A stretch of DNA of 63,850 bases, filler included, from 4 parts of 4 records of this genome joined end to end with filler, not necessarily neighbours in it, one strand, 5' to 3'; counted from the whole stretch's first letter, positions 17,710-28,541 are shown. Program-made: numbers and translations. The notes: generated from the sequence alone by a model not told the origin.

Positions 17710-20412
17710 TTATTCGTCTTTTAAGCATTCAACCGGATTGACCCGCGTAGCTTTCCATGTTTGATAAGAGATGGCCGCCAGGGTAAGTCCGATGGTAATC
17801 AGGATTGGCAGAACGATATTCAAGATGGAAATATCTGTACGATAGACAAACTGCTCGAGCCAGCCATTCATCAAGTAGTATGCAATTGGTAGTGCAATAA
17901 AAAAGGCTATACCAATGAGCAGCAAAAATCGATTGCTAATGATCATCCAGATACTCTGAGTGCTGGCTCCAAGCACCTTCCGTACACCAATTTCTTTAAG
18001 CTTTGTTTCAATGATAAATCCTACCATACCGATCAAGCCAAGACATCCAATCAAGATGGCCAACACAGCAAATACTTTAATCATCGTGCTCAAACGTTCT
18101 TCCTTCTGGTATTGATCATTGAACAGATCATCAACAAACTGATAGTTGACAGTGTTTTTGCTATCAAAACGGGCAAATGTTTGCTCAACGAAATCCAGTG
18201 TTCCCTTGATGTCTTGTGGATCTATTCTGATGCTTATTCTTCTGAAGTTTTCATAACATATGAGCACCATGGGAACGATCTTGCTGTGAAGTGATTCAAA
18301 ATGGAAATCCTTCATCACTCCGATAATTCGCCCTTCGGTCACATTTACAGAGCTGTTAAGGCCATATGCCAACTTCTCACCAATGATCTGAGCCGGATCT
18401 TCAAAGCCAAATGCTTTTGCTGCAGCTTCATTGATGATGTAGCTGGTGTTGGTAGTTTGGCTAAAGTCCAGATCACGGAGCATATCTTCTCTGAAATTCT
18501 CACCTGCAGCCAGATCAATCTCATACGTATCAATGAAGTCACGATCCACCGAAACAACTGGCAGTCTGAAGTCGGAGGCAACAGTTGAGTCACCTTTGAA
18601 AAATCTACTACCCCAACTGTCCATCAGACGTCCGGTGGGTATTCGCGAAGAGTAAGCCGCCTTCAAGATATTGGGATGGCTTAAGAGCTCATTCTTGAAA
18701 ACCTCGTAGTTTACATTCTCGGGGAGGTTCACCTCTAGTACATGATTTCGATTGTATCCCGGGTTGCTTGTTCTGATGAATTGCAGCTGGCTTTCAATAA
18801 TCGCAATAGCAAAGATTAGAGCTATTGTTACGCCATATTGGAAAGTTACCAACCATGATCTGAAATTCCACTTGCTGGTGTTCATAGCTTGCTCTCCTTT
18901 GAGTGCCTGAACCAGGTTGATTTTGGATAGAAAGATGGCCGGATAGATGCCTGCTATGATGCCAACACTTATAAGTAAAAGGATAAGTATTAGAATTAAG
19001 TCCCATTGTGCGATGATGTTAAATGCCAATTCTTTGTCAAGAAAATGGCTGACATATGGCAAGGCCCAATAAATGAGAAGAACAGAAATTGGAAATGAGA
19101 CAATTGTAATAAGCGTGGATTCAGTTAGGAATTGTTTGATTAATGAGGTTTTAAATGCCCCAATGACTTTTCTGATGCCAACTTCTTTCATTCTCCTGGA
19201 ATAATGGGACGTGGCGATGTTCATGTAATTCACACATGCAACCAATAGCAATAGAATACCTATAGCACTGAAGATATAGACCTGGTCCATTGAGCCATTG
19301 GTCTCGTATTCGCCTTCCAGCTTTGAATTGAGATGGATATCAAGGATTGGTTGGAATTCAAAATCATAGAAATCCCTTGCCTCACCACCAGAAGTGAATG
19401 TTCCGATGTATTTATCCCAGAATTCATCATTGACCTGATTCGTCAATAGTGATACATCTGTACCCTCTGACATTTTCACATAGGTCAGCCAATTATAATT
19501 GCCTCCAACATTGTTCATTGCGTCCTCACTAAAGATCAGGCCAAGAAAGCGAACAGGAGCGAGGTAATCGAAATGGAAGTGCTGCTGAGGTGGCATATCT
19601 TCAAGGACACCTGTGACTTTAAATGGTGCTTGGTTATCTCCCCTTGAAAGCGTCACTTGCTTACCGATAATGCCTTGTTCTCGCCAGTCGTTTCCAAATA
19701 TCTTAATTGCCGTTTTTTCTGTCAGCACCAGCGAGTAAAGATCCTGAAATGCATTCTCAGCATTTCCTTCAAGGAAGGTAAATGAGAAAATGTTGAAGAC
19801 ATCATCTCCGGCAAAAATCACCTGTTCCCCCGGGAGTGTTTTGTCATCATAAATGAGATCCGGGAAGGCCCATGGATAAAATCTGGCAGCATATTCAATT
19901 TCGGAATAATCTTCTTTCAATCGCTCTGCATGCCCAGCTGAGGCAAAAGCCCAATGTCTACTTAAGTCTCCACTACGGGTAAAATTCTTCACCGTGACAC
20001 GATGAATGTTTTCTGCCTGCTTAAAGTGCTTGTCGTAGCTTAATTCATCCTTAACGAACAGCGCAATTAGTACAAACGCAGCTATTCCTGTGGATAGTCC
20101 AATTACATTGATGATGGTCCCTGCCTTGTACTTCCACAAGTTTCTGAGTCCGATTTTTAGATAATTTCTTAGCATTGATGTTTCCTTTTCAATTGAGTCC
20201 TGAGCTTCTATTTTTTTGACCATATCCGGTTTGAACAACCGAATTATTTGCCACGAATACCAACGTTTGGCCCGGCTTAGTCCTATACCTGCAGCCTTAA
20301 GTTGAAATTCCTCCTCCAGATCACCTTGTACATCTTCGAAATAGTCCTTTTTTAAGAACCATCCTAAGAATTTGGTTGACCATAATGGTGGGGTAGGCCG
20401 CTGCTTATCCAT
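17710..20412 (-). CDS. Duplicated MacB/FtsX-type ABC transporter permease with N-terminal prefix domain
   Basis: PP..LL.WF...EDVQGDLEE prefix; ACVNYMN, KEVGIRKVIGA and KEIGVRKVLGAS; ends NPVECLKDE. Confidence 0.93.
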   Translation of the reverse strand: MDKQRPTPPLWSTKFLGWFLKKDYFEDVQGDLEEEFQLKAAGIGLSRAKRWYSWQIIRLFKPDMVKKIEAQDSIEKETSMLRNYLKIGLRNLWKYKAGTIINVIGLSTGIAAFVLIALFVKDELSYDKHFKQAENIHRVTVKNFTRSGDLSRHWAFASAGHAERLKEDYSEIEYAARFYPWAFPDLIYDDKTLPGEQVIFAGDDVFNIFSFTFLEGNAENAFQDLYSLVLTEKTAIKIFGNDWREQGIIGKQVTLSRGDNQAPFKVTGVLEDMPPQQHFHFDYLAPVRFLGLIFSEDAMNNVGGNYNWLTYVKMSEGTDVSLLTNQVNDEFWDKYIGTFTSGGEARDFYDFEFQPILDIHLNSKLEGEYETNGSMDQVYIFSAIGILLLLVACVNYMNIATSHYSRRMKEVGIRKVIGAFKTSLIKQFLTESTLITIVSFPISVLLIYWALPYVSHFLDKELAFNIIAQWDLILILILLLISVGIIAGIYPAIFLSKINLVQALKGEQAMNTSKWNFRSWLVTFQYGVTIALIFAIAIIESQLQFIRTSNPGYNRNHVLEVNLPENVNYEVFKNELLSHPNILKAAYSSRIPTGRLMDSWGSRFFKGDSTVASDFRLPVVSVDRDFIDTYEIDLAAGENFREDMLRDLDFSQTTNTSYIINEAAAKAFGFEDPAQIIGEKLAYGLNSSVNVTEGRIIGVMKDFHFESLHSKIVPMVLICYENFRRISIRIDPQDIKGTLDFVEQTFARFDSKNTVNYQFVDDLFNDQYQKEERLSTMIKVFAVLAILIGCLGLIGMVGFIIETKLKEIGVRKVLGASTQSIWMIISNRFLLLIGIAFFIALPIAYYLMNGWLEQFVYRTDISILNIVLPILITIGLTLAAISYQTWKATRVNPVECLKDE

Positions 20413-20747
20413 GCCTTAACATATTCATATGATACATCTGGAACTGCCGACCATAATTTCATTCTGGTTTCTCTGGTGTAATCCAAAGCGGCTTTTCCGG
20501 TTTTAGTAACCTTAAAATAGCGCTTTCTTTTGCCACCTCTAATTGCTGTGGCTTCTCCAAGTTCAGATTTTAGATAACCTTTTTTTTCCATTCGCCTTAA
20601 AGCAGTCTGCAATGCACTTACACTGACGCTTCTATCAAGTCGGGTTTCAATATCCTCTTTAATGGATACACCATACGCCTCCTCATGAAGGATTGCTACA
20701 GTGAGCAGTACCACTTCTTCGAATTCACCAAGTTGGTATTCTTTCAT
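20364..20747 (-). CDS. PadR-family transcriptional regulator
   Basis: LGEFEEVVLL...AYGV.I...L.RME.KG....RGGKRKRYF; directly upstream of the permease. Confidence 0.92.
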   Translation of the reverse strand: MKEYQLGEFEEVVLLTVAILHEEAYGVSIKEDIETRLDRSVSVSALQTALRRMEKKGYLKSELGEATAIRGGKRKRYFKVTKTGKAALDYTRETRMKLWSAVPDVSYEYVKAWISSGLPHHYGQPNS

Positions 20748-20823
20748 TTGTAAATCTTTAATTACTAAATGTAAATTAAATGATAAAATGTCTAAACGTA
20801 AATAATATCAGAAAGGTTGGCAC

Positions 20824-20854
20824 AAAAAAAAGTCGACAGTTGACTGACGACTTT
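20824..20854 (-). terminator. Intrinsic terminator of the TonB-C gene
   Basis: Minus strand AAAGTCGTCAG-TCAA-CTGTCGACTTT followed by a T run. Confidence 0.7.
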
Positions 20855-20885
20855 CACAAACTGATAAAAATTTAAATCGCTAAAA

Positions 20886-21239
20886 TTAAATGGTCAGTTT
20901 GAAGTTTACTGGGAGAACGAATTTGCCTTTAATAGCATCGCCCTCGTCGTTTCTTGCGGGATTGAACTGAAGTTTAGGAAGTGCTTCTTCTACGGCTTCT
21001 TTAAGATCAGTGCATGGGAAAGCCAAGAACTCATGCCCTGTTATTTCACCTGTTTCACTGATTGTGAGGCTTACGATTACTTTTCCTTCAATTCCTTTCT
21101 CCTTACATACCATAGGATACTCAATACCCTTTAGTACATCCTTGTAATTAGTCACTTTCACTTGTTTGGACTTACCGTCACCGGCATACGCTCCAAAAAC
21201 TAAAATGGCTGTAATTGCGATTGATAGTAACTTTTTCAT
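20886..21239 (-). CDS. TonB C-terminal domain protein
   Basis: IEYP....KGIEGKVIVSLTISETG...FNPA......F.LPVNFKL; N-terminal signal sequence. Confidence 0.88.
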   Translation of the reverse strand: MKKLLSIAITAILVFGAYAGDGKSKQVKVTNYKDVLKGIEYPMVCKEKGIEGKVIVSLTISETGEITGHEFLAFPCTDLKEAVEEALPKLQFNPARNDEGDAIKGKFVLPVNFKLTI

Positions 21240-21432
21240 ATGGCCCTCCTTCCTTTGTTAAGTAAAAATTATGTGAATGTTATCGTAATAACGATGTAAT
21301 GTTAAGCAAAGTTTACGTAAAATCAAAATTACGGTAATCTTATGTTAACATTAAGGTAACATTGGAAATATTGTGGATAAGTATTGCCATTCAGCCGACG
21401 AATGAAGGCTTGTCCGCTTTATTTTCGTAAGC

Positions 21433-24400
21433 ATGTCGCTTACGATCTTCAAATCTTCTGCCGGTTCAGGCAAAACCTACACGCTGGCGAAGGAATATCT
21501 TAAGCTTGCTTTACAGTCTAAAGACTATTATCAGAAGATTTTAGCTGTCACCTTCACCAATCGTGCGGCGGAGGAAATGAAGGAACGTGTACTGAAATTC
21601 CTGATTGATATTTCCAAAGGAGATCATGAGTTGATTCCTGTACTGGCTAGTGAACTTAAAATTGGAGATGAAGAAGTTCAGCAACGGGCCTCTGACACAC
21701 TAAGTCATTTACTTCACCACTATGGTTATTTCAACATCACCACGATTGATACCTTTTTCCATCGGGTTATCAGGGCATTTTCTCGTGAAATTGGATTGCA
21801 AGGAAGTTTTGGGATAGAGCTGGACACGGATAAGGTATCTGAGTTTATTACTTCCTCAGTATATGAAGGTGTAGAGGAAAATAAGCAACTCAAGGATTGG
21901 CTGATCGATTTTTCCATGAGCAAGTTGATGGACGGCAAAGGCTATGAGTACCGTAGTGAAGTAAGTACGCTAGCCAAGCAACTGTTCTCTGAAGAATTCA
22001 AGCGATTACCCAAAGGCCAATGGGAAGACGAATCGACCAAAGAGAAAATCAAACAGCTTAAGGATGATTTGCTAAAAAAGAAGGTGGTTTTTGAACACAC
22101 CCTTTCTAAGATGGCTGATGAGTTTGACGAAGCAATGCTCAATTCTGGCTTAACCATGGATGACCTGAGTTATAAAAGTGCCGGTCCCGGTGGATTCTTC
22201 CCTAAACTCCATCGCAAAGAGTACGACACCCTAATGACCAAAAGGGTAGAAGAAGGTAGCCAGGATCCTGAAGTATGGACGTCTAAATCCAGCAGCAAAC
22301 GAGATTTGATTATCCAGCAAGCTCAATCGCATTTTATGCCATTGATGAATAAAGCGTTGGAATACATTGAGCAAAATGAAAAAGATTACTACACGGCAAA
22401 AGCGATCCTAAAGCACCTCTATACCCTTGGGTTAATGACAGATCTCTCGCAGAGATTATTGGATTATAAGAGGGAGGAGGAAGTGATCATGATTTCTGAC
22501 CTGCCAGACTTTTTAAGTCAGATCATAGACGATTCTGGTTCTCCATTTATATATGAGAAAGTAGGCAGTCGCTATGCTCATTTTCTGATTGATGAATTCC
22601 AGGATACCTCACAGTTTCAATGGAACAATTTCCGGCCACTGCTTGAAGAAAGTCTGGCTAATGGGAATGAAAATATCATCGTTGGGGATGCGAAGCAGTC
22701 CATATACGGTTGGCGAGGTGCGGACCCAACCTTATTGCTGAGGCAGGTTGAGCAGGATTTGCCAATGGCCACCGAAGATCAATCCAAGAACATCAACTGG
22801 AGGAGTGCGAAAAATATTGTGGCCTTTAATAACCATGTCTTTTCAAAACTACCAGAACTGATGGGTGAATTGATGAGTGAGGTCATTACAGCAGAAGAGA
22901 AGGAGATGATTTTGCAGACCTACAAAGGGGTTGAGCAAAAAGTATCACCTTCAAATGAAAAGGTAGATGGGTTGGTCCAGTTGGAATTCCTTGAAGCAGA
23001 GAAAGGTGAGCGTTGGAATGAAGTGGCTTTAAATCGAATGACTCAAGTTATGGAGTCACTCATCAAAGATGGACACCAATTGAACGATATGGCCATCCTG
23101 GTTCGTACCAACAACGAAGCAGCCCAGGTAGTCAACTATGTTTTGGACTATCGTAAGAACAATGAAACAACCATTGAAGTCATCTCAGCTGAAGGTATGT
23201 TGTTGGCCAACTCTTCAGTGGTTCAATTGCTGATCTCAGCCATGCAATACCTTGTCAATCCCAAAGATGATAGTGTCCTCGCTGATCTTGTTTTTAGGTA
23301 CCGTCAGGATAGCACAGGGAAATCACTTGAAAAGCACGATGATTTTATTCGATTAGTTGCCGATGAATTGCCAACCAGCTTTTCGAAATACCAACAACAT
23401 TTTCTTCATCTTCCAATCATCGAGTTGGTAGAGGTTCTTATTCGTTGTTTCGAATTGGATAAAATCAAACCAGAGTATGCATATCTGCAAGCATTTCAGG
23501 ATGCCGTACTGGAATTCAGTAAAAACAGCCGGTCAGATGTGCGTCTTTTCATGGAATGGTGGGAGGAAGTAGGTGCCAAGCGATCTGTTCAGTTAACGGG
23601 CGCGTTGGATGCGGTGGAGGTGATCACGTCACACAAGGCTAAGGGACTTCAATATCCAATTGTCTTTGTTCCGTTTTGCAATTTCAAATTCGATAGTAAA
23701 ACGCATCCTTCCTGGTACAAGTCCCCGGAAACCTACAATCAATTAGAGTCCATCCCTGTCGATTACAAATCGGGTTTGGACAAGACGCTGTTTGCTTCCA
23801 ATTATAAAAAGGAACACGCCAAATGGCACCTCGAAAGTTTGAATGTATTGTATGTAGCATTTACCAGGGCGGAAAATGGTTTGTATGTTTTCTGTGATCC
23901 CAACGATCGGGCCTCATCTTATGGAAGTGCCTCCAAACTGCTCGCGAAGCTTTTTGAAGTTCATCCTATTGATGGTTGGAATGAAGCCTCGAGAATTTTC
24001 AATAAGGGTACACTCACTGTCAATCATCGTCGGAGCTCCGATCAGTTGGTTTCCTTGTCGGGCTATCCAACATTCAAGTGGAGCAATAAGCTAAGCATTC
24101 GGAAGACAGGCAAAGCTTATTATGATGATGAAGTAGAAAAGCAGCGAAATGAAGGAATTCTTTTGCATCAGATTTTATCAGAGATCAACCATTGGGAACA
24201 AACAGATGATGTGCTTGACCGATACGAGAAAAGAATGGAGATCACGAAGGAAGATCGCGATCGGTTTGCCAAAGTGATCAAGAGTCTGTGGGGGAGTGAA
24301 CAAGTGAAGTCCTGGTTCAATGGCGAGGGAGTGGTGAAAACAGAAGTGGTAGTGCTACCCAAAGACGGAGAGACAAAGCGGATGGACCGGGTGATCCTGA

Positions 24401-24558
24401 AAGAAGGTAAAGCAATAGTGATCGATTTCAAAAGTGGACAGCCAAGAGCCGCTGATAACCGGCAGCTAAAGGAATATGCACACCTACTTAAAGAGATGGG
24501 ATATGATGTGGAGGGATATCTGTTGTATCTGGAAAACGCTGAAGTAAAGGCTATTTGA
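21433..24558 (+). CDS. UvrD/AddA-like helicase-nuclease
   Basis: SSAGSGKT, TFTNRAAEEM, IDEFQDTS, VGDAKQSIY.WRG, HKAKGLQ, LYVAFTRA; C-terminal RMDR..IDFKSG nuclease. Confidence 0.93.
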   Translation: MSLTIFKSSAGSGKTYTLAKEYLKLALQSKDYYQKILAVTFTNRAAEEMKERVLKFLIDISKGDHELIPVLASELKIGDEEVQQRASDTLSHLLHHYGYFNITTIDTFFHRVIRAFSREIGLQGSFGIELDTDKVSEFITSSVYEGVEENKQLKDWLIDFSMSKLMDGKGYEYRSEVSTLAKQLFSEEFKRLPKGQWEDESTKEKIKQLKDDLLKKKVVFEHTLSKMADEFDEAMLNSGLTMDDLSYKSAGPGGFFPKLHRKEYDTLMTKRVEEGSQDPEVWTSKSSSKRDLIIQQAQSHFMPLMNKALEYIEQNEKDYYTAKAILKHLYTLGLMTDLSQRLLDYKREEEVIMISDLPDFLSQIIDDSGSPFIYEKVGSRYAHFLIDEFQDTSQFQWNNFRPLLEESLANGNENIIVGDAKQSIYGWRGADPTLLLRQVEQDLPMATEDQSKNINWRSAKNIVAFNNHVFSKLPELMGELMSEVITAEEKEMILQTYKGVEQKVSPSNEKVDGLVQLEFLEAEKGERWNEVALNRMTQVMESLIKDGHQLNDMAILVRTNNEAAQVVNYVLDYRKNNETTIEVISAEGMLLANSSVVQLLISAMQYLVNPKDDSVLADLVFRYRQDSTGKSLEKHDDFIRLVADELPTSFSKYQQHFLHLPIIELVEVLIRCFELDKIKPEYAYLQAFQDAVLEFSKNSRSDVRLFMEWWEEVGAKRSVQLTGALDAVEVITSHKAKGLQYPIVFVPFCNFKFDSKTHPSWYKSPETYNQLESIPVDYKSGLDKTLFASNYKKEHAKWHLESLNVLYVAFTRAENGLYVFCDPNDRASSYGSASKLLAKLFEVHPIDGWNEASRIFNKGTLTVNHRRSSDQLVSLSGYPTFKWSNKLSIRKTGKAYYDDEVEKQRNEGILLHQILSEINHWEQTDDVLDRYEKRMEITKEDRDRFAKVIKSLWGSEQVKSWFNGEGVVKTEVVVLPKDGETKRMDRVILKEGKAIVIDFKSGQPRAADNRQLKEYAHLLKEMGYDVEGYLLYLENAEVKAI

Positions 24559-24632
24559 AGGTCACTGAATTCCATCAATGGTTGCACTGAATGGTACTTG
24601 ATTAGTAGATTAGTGGTATCAACTTACCACTA

Positions 24633-25637
24633 ATGCCAGCTTTATTCACTCGAGTAGCACTCTTTCTGCTACCCTTTATCTCGTTTTCCCAAACAGCAAG
24701 TGACTATAAATCAACCCTGTTGGATCTTTGGACTACCCTGGACGACCGATATGCACTGTTTGAAGCAAGGGGTGTCGATTGGGATGACGTAAGGAAAAAG
24801 TATGAGCCGCTTACAGAGGGGGTTAGGTCAGATCAGGAGTTGTTTGAACTATGTTGTGAGATGATCTCAGAGCTGAATGATGCGCATACTTCACTGTGGA
24901 ACAATGAAGGAAAGCGTTGCAACAGCTTCGGCTTTCCGGAAGCACCGGCCATCATCAAAACCTTTGGCAGCAGAGAAGCTTTTTGGGAATTTTCGGATGA
25001 GACGCTGGTGGCAAATGGGTTTAGCAAACCCGAGGAAGTCGACGATCTGGTGGTCTACAGCGAAACGGAGCGATTCGGTTATATCCGTCTGAACCAGTTA
25101 ATGAATACCTATGGTGGGTTTGCCCAGGCACTGGAGATTTTAAAGGATAAAGACGGATTGATTTTGGATATCCGATTGAATCGTGGTGGGGAAGATCATA
25201 CACTTCATCGTATTGCAGGAAGATTTGTAGATGAGAGCTACATTTCACATTATAAGAAAACCAGGATAGCCAATACAGATCGATATACTGGCCTTAGAAG
25301 CTGGAAAGTGAAACCGGAAGGCCCATTTCAATACCTAAAACCGGTGATGATTCTTACCAGCGACTTTACTGTAAGTGCCGGGGATGTTTTCACCATGACA
25401 TTGAAAGGGCGTGACAATATTTTGATAGTGGGCACCCCAACGAATGGATCCATGTCTCATGTGGCCACATATCAGTTAGAAAACGGCTGGAGGATCAATT
25501 ATTCAAATAAGCGTACCTATTCCAACGATATGGTCATTTACGAAGGAAAAGGAGTTCCTCCGGATCACTACATAGAAAGTACGGATACAACGGAAGATAA
25601 AGTGATACTCAAAGCATTAGAATTGCTGGAGTATTGA
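24633..25637 (+). CDS. S41-family peptidase, secreted
   Basis: LNDAHT, LILDIRLNRGG, TVSAGDVF, VGTPTNG and EGKGVPPD motifs. Confidence 0.9.
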   Translation: MPALFTRVALFLLPFISFSQTASDYKSTLLDLWTTLDDRYALFEARGVDWDDVRKKYEPLTEGVRSDQELFELCCEMISELNDAHTSLWNNEGKRCNSFGFPEAPAIIKTFGSREAFWEFSDETLVANGFSKPEEVDDLVVYSETERFGYIRLNQLMNTYGGFAQALEILKDKDGLILDIRLNRGGEDHTLHRIAGRFVDESYISHYKKTRIANTDRYTGLRSWKVKPEGPFQYLKPVMILTSDFTVSAGDVFTMTLKGRDNILIVGTPTNGSMSHVATYQLENGWRINYSNKRTYSNDMVIYEGKGVPPDHYIESTDTTEDKVILKALELLEY

Positions 25638-25682
25638 CCTTGCGGGCTTGCATTTTAGAATGCAAATAGTGAATGTTGCCGT

Positions 25683-28541
25683 ATGACCTTCCTTTCAGAA
25701 GTAGCCGATCATTTATTAACCCATCACAATGAGCAACTTGGCAATTGTACCGTGGTATTTCCCAACCGAAGGGCCGGTTTATTTCTAAAGAAAAGACTGT
25801 CGCAGAAAGTAGATAAGCCGGTATGGTCACCGGAAGTGAAAAGCCTTGAGGATTTCTTGTTTCGTTTCTCACCAATCAAAAAAACGGACACGCTGACGTT
25901 GGTCTTTCAATTATTTGAAGCCTTCAAGAAGCATCAAAAAGCAGCTGAAGGGTTTGAGTCATTTTATTTCTGGGGTGAAATGCTATTGCGAGATTTTGAA
26001 GAAGTCGATCACTATTTGGTGAACCCCAAGCAATTGTTTCACTACATCAAAAGTGATCGTCAGATTGCGGAGGATTTCTATTTTCTGGATGATGAACAGG
26101 TCAAGATCATTCAAAAATTCTGGCAGGAATTTTTCCCAAATGCTACAAAAAGCCAGGAGCAATTTGTGGAAACATGGAAAATACTAGCCCCGGTTTACGA
26201 ATCGTTCAAAGAGCAATTGATCAACGAGGGCGTTGGTTATACTTCACACATCTATAGAAACCTGGCTGATGAAATCGATGGTAAGGCTTTCAATATTAAA
26301 GGCCCCATCATTTTCGCTGGTTTTAATGCGCTAACACCAGTCGAAGAAAAGCTTATTAAGCATTTTGTGGAAAATCACCAGGCTGAAATCCTCTGGGATG
26401 TAGATGCCTATTATCTGCAGGATGATAGGCAGGAGGCAGGATCATTTCTAAGGCAATACCAAAAAGATCCGATTCTTGGGAAGACGTTCAAGCAAGACAT
26501 TCCAAACAGGGTCGAAGGTGAGAAGCATGTGGATGTAACCGGTGTTTCTTTGGAAATCGGACAAGCCAAAGTGATTGGTGAAGAAGTTAAAAAACTCGTG
26601 GATCAGGGTGTTAAGAAGGAGGAGATCGTTATCGTATTGCCTCAGGATTATATGCTTTTTCCGGTGCTCAATGTGATTCCGGAGAATGTAGACAAACTCA
26701 ATGTGACCATGGGGTATCCACTGAAAGAAACACCTCTTTTTGGATTACTGGAGACGGCTTTAGAGGTTCAGGAGCATGCGCAGCTTTCACCTGACAATGG
26801 ATTGAGCTTCTATCACAAACCCACATTGGATGTGATGAATCATCCATATCTCTATAGAGAAGATAAAGATCCCATCGATACGCTGGTTCAGGAGATTAAA
26901 AAGAACAACCAGGTGCGCGTGTTTCATCAAGATATCCTCGCGATTCAATCCACGGATCTCAATACCATATTCAGATCGCTGAAAGAAGGAGAAAATCTAG
27001 CCAAATATCTTGGAAGCATTGTGGAAGTACTCGGGCAGCAGGTGGTGGAACGCTTTGGTTTGGAACGAGAATATCTTTACCATTTTCAGCAATTGCTGTC
27101 CAGATTGGATGAAATACTTTCGAATCAATCGGTTGAAGTGGATTTAAAGACCTTTAAGAGCCTGTTCAGAAAAGCAAGCAGGTCTGTGAAAATCCCTTTC
27201 AGTGGTGAGCCGGTGGAGGGCCTTCAGGTGATGGGGGTGTTGGAGACAAGAAATCTCGATTTTAAGCATGTTTTCATGCTCAATATGAATGAAGACATCT
27301 TTCCTGCAGCTCAGCGAAATGGCTCATTCATACCTTATAGAATTCGGAAGGCCTTCGGTCTGCCCACCTTTGAAATTCAGGATTCGATCTATGCCTATTT
27401 GTTCTACCGATTATTCCAACGGAGTGAACGATTGTCTTTCTTTTACAACATGTACGCAGATTTCGGGATGAGTGGGGAAGTGAGCCGATTCATTCGGCAG
27501 ATTGAGGAGGAGAGTAAGTTGGAGGTTGTCAGGAGGAAATTGAGCAACTCCATCCAGGTAAAGGATCGAAAAACTATTTCTATTGAAAAAACACCAGACA
27601 TATTAAACAAGCTTAGTATGTATCTGGAAGGTGGCAGAACTAAGTTATCAGCCTCAGCACTGAATGTTTATTTTTCTTGTCGTCTGCAATTTTATTTCAA
27701 ATATGTTCTCCGGTTGTTTTCAAAAGATGAATTGGCTGACGAATTGGATGCTAGGAATTTCGGGAATGTACTGCACTTAAGTCTCGAATACCTATACCTC
27801 GATGTGATCAAAGATCGTCCGAATAGGACGGTGGATCAAAATGACTTTTTCAAACTCAAGAATTCCGTTGATGGTGCTATAGAGAAAGCATTTAGGAGAC
27901 ATTTCGGGATGAAGGAAAAGCGCAAGTTTGAGTTGAAGGGACGAAATCTTGTCATGGCGGAGATTATCCAAAAGTTTGTGAATAAGATCATTGACATGGA
28001 TGAGCAGTATGCCCCTTTTGAAATTGTAAGTCTAGAGAAAGAAGATAGCTATGAGCGGACGCTGACAATTCGACCGAATGGAAAGGAATACAAGGTCAGG
28101 CTGGGTGCGGATATTGATAGAGTAGACCGGAAAGAAGGGGTAGCCAGAGTCATTGATTATAAAAGTGGCAAGGATTCGAAAGAGATAGAGACGGTTTCGA
28201 AGGTTTTTGATCGGACACCCGGAACCCAATGGAAACCAGGCCGGAATAAGGCAGGCTTTCAAACGCTATTCTATGCGTGGCTCTATTCATCTAAACATGG
28301 TTCGGATGAGGTAATTATTCCCGGACTTCTGAATATGCAGGAAATTTTTCAACCGGAATTCAATATGGAATTGACTATGGGAGGGAAGCCACTCAATGAT
28401 TCCAGACCATATCTAAATGACTTTGAAGAAAAGCTGTCCGACTTGCTTTCCGAAATTTACGGAATGGATCAACCATTCGATCAAACAGAAGAAGAAGCCA
28501 AATGCAAGTTTTGTGATTTCAACGGTATTTGTGGTAGATAA
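25683..28541 (+). CDS. AddB-like PD-(D/E)XK nuclease
   Basis: VVFPNRRA, GLQVMGVLETR.LDF, IDRVDR...IDYKSG; YFSC plus terminal CKFCDFNGIC fit an AddB-type Fe-S ligand set. Confidence 0.9.
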   Translation: MTFLSEVADHLLTHHNEQLGNCTVVFPNRRAGLFLKKRLSQKVDKPVWSPEVKSLEDFLFRFSPIKKTDTLTLVFQLFEAFKKHQKAAEGFESFYFWGEMLLRDFEEVDHYLVNPKQLFHYIKSDRQIAEDFYFLDDEQVKIIQKFWQEFFPNATKSQEQFVETWKILAPVYESFKEQLINEGVGYTSHIYRNLADEIDGKAFNIKGPIIFAGFNALTPVEEKLIKHFVENHQAEILWDVDAYYLQDDRQEAGSFLRQYQKDPILGKTFKQDIPNRVEGEKHVDVTGVSLEIGQAKVIGEEVKKLVDQGVKKEEIVIVLPQDYMLFPVLNVIPENVDKLNVTMGYPLKETPLFGLLETALEVQEHAQLSPDNGLSFYHKPTLDVMNHPYLYREDKDPIDTLVQEIKKNNQVRVFHQDILAIQSTDLNTIFRSLKEGENLAKYLGSIVEVLGQQVVERFGLEREYLYHFQQLLSRLDEILSNQSVEVDLKTFKSLFRKASRSVKIPFSGEPVEGLQVMGVLETRNLDFKHVFMLNMNEDIFPAAQRNGSFIPYRIRKAFGLPTFEIQDSIYAYLFYRLFQRSERLSFFYNMYADFGMSGEVSRFIRQIEEESKLEVVRRKLSNSIQVKDRKTISIEKTPDILNKLSMYLEGGRTKLSASALNVYFSCRLQFYFKYVLRLFSKDELADELDARNFGNVLHLSLEYLYLDVIKDRPNRTVDQNDFFKLKNSVDGAIEKAFRRHFGMKEKRKFELKGRNLVMAEIIQKFVNKIIDMDEQYAPFEIVSLEKEDSYERTLTIRPNGKEYKVRLGADIDRVDRKEGVARVIDYKSGKDSKEIETVSKVFDRTPGTQWKPGRNKAGFQTLFYAWLYSSKHGSDEVIIPGLLNMQEIFQPEFNMELTMGGKPLNDSRPYLNDFEEKLSDLLSEIYGMDQPFDQTEEEAKCKFCDFNGICGR

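Noticed and set aside
25683-28541. Cas4 or a defence nuclease
   Set aside because: The Fe-S PD-(D/E)XK domain follows a long inactive helicase-like region and pairs with an AddA-like gene, fitting DNA repair.
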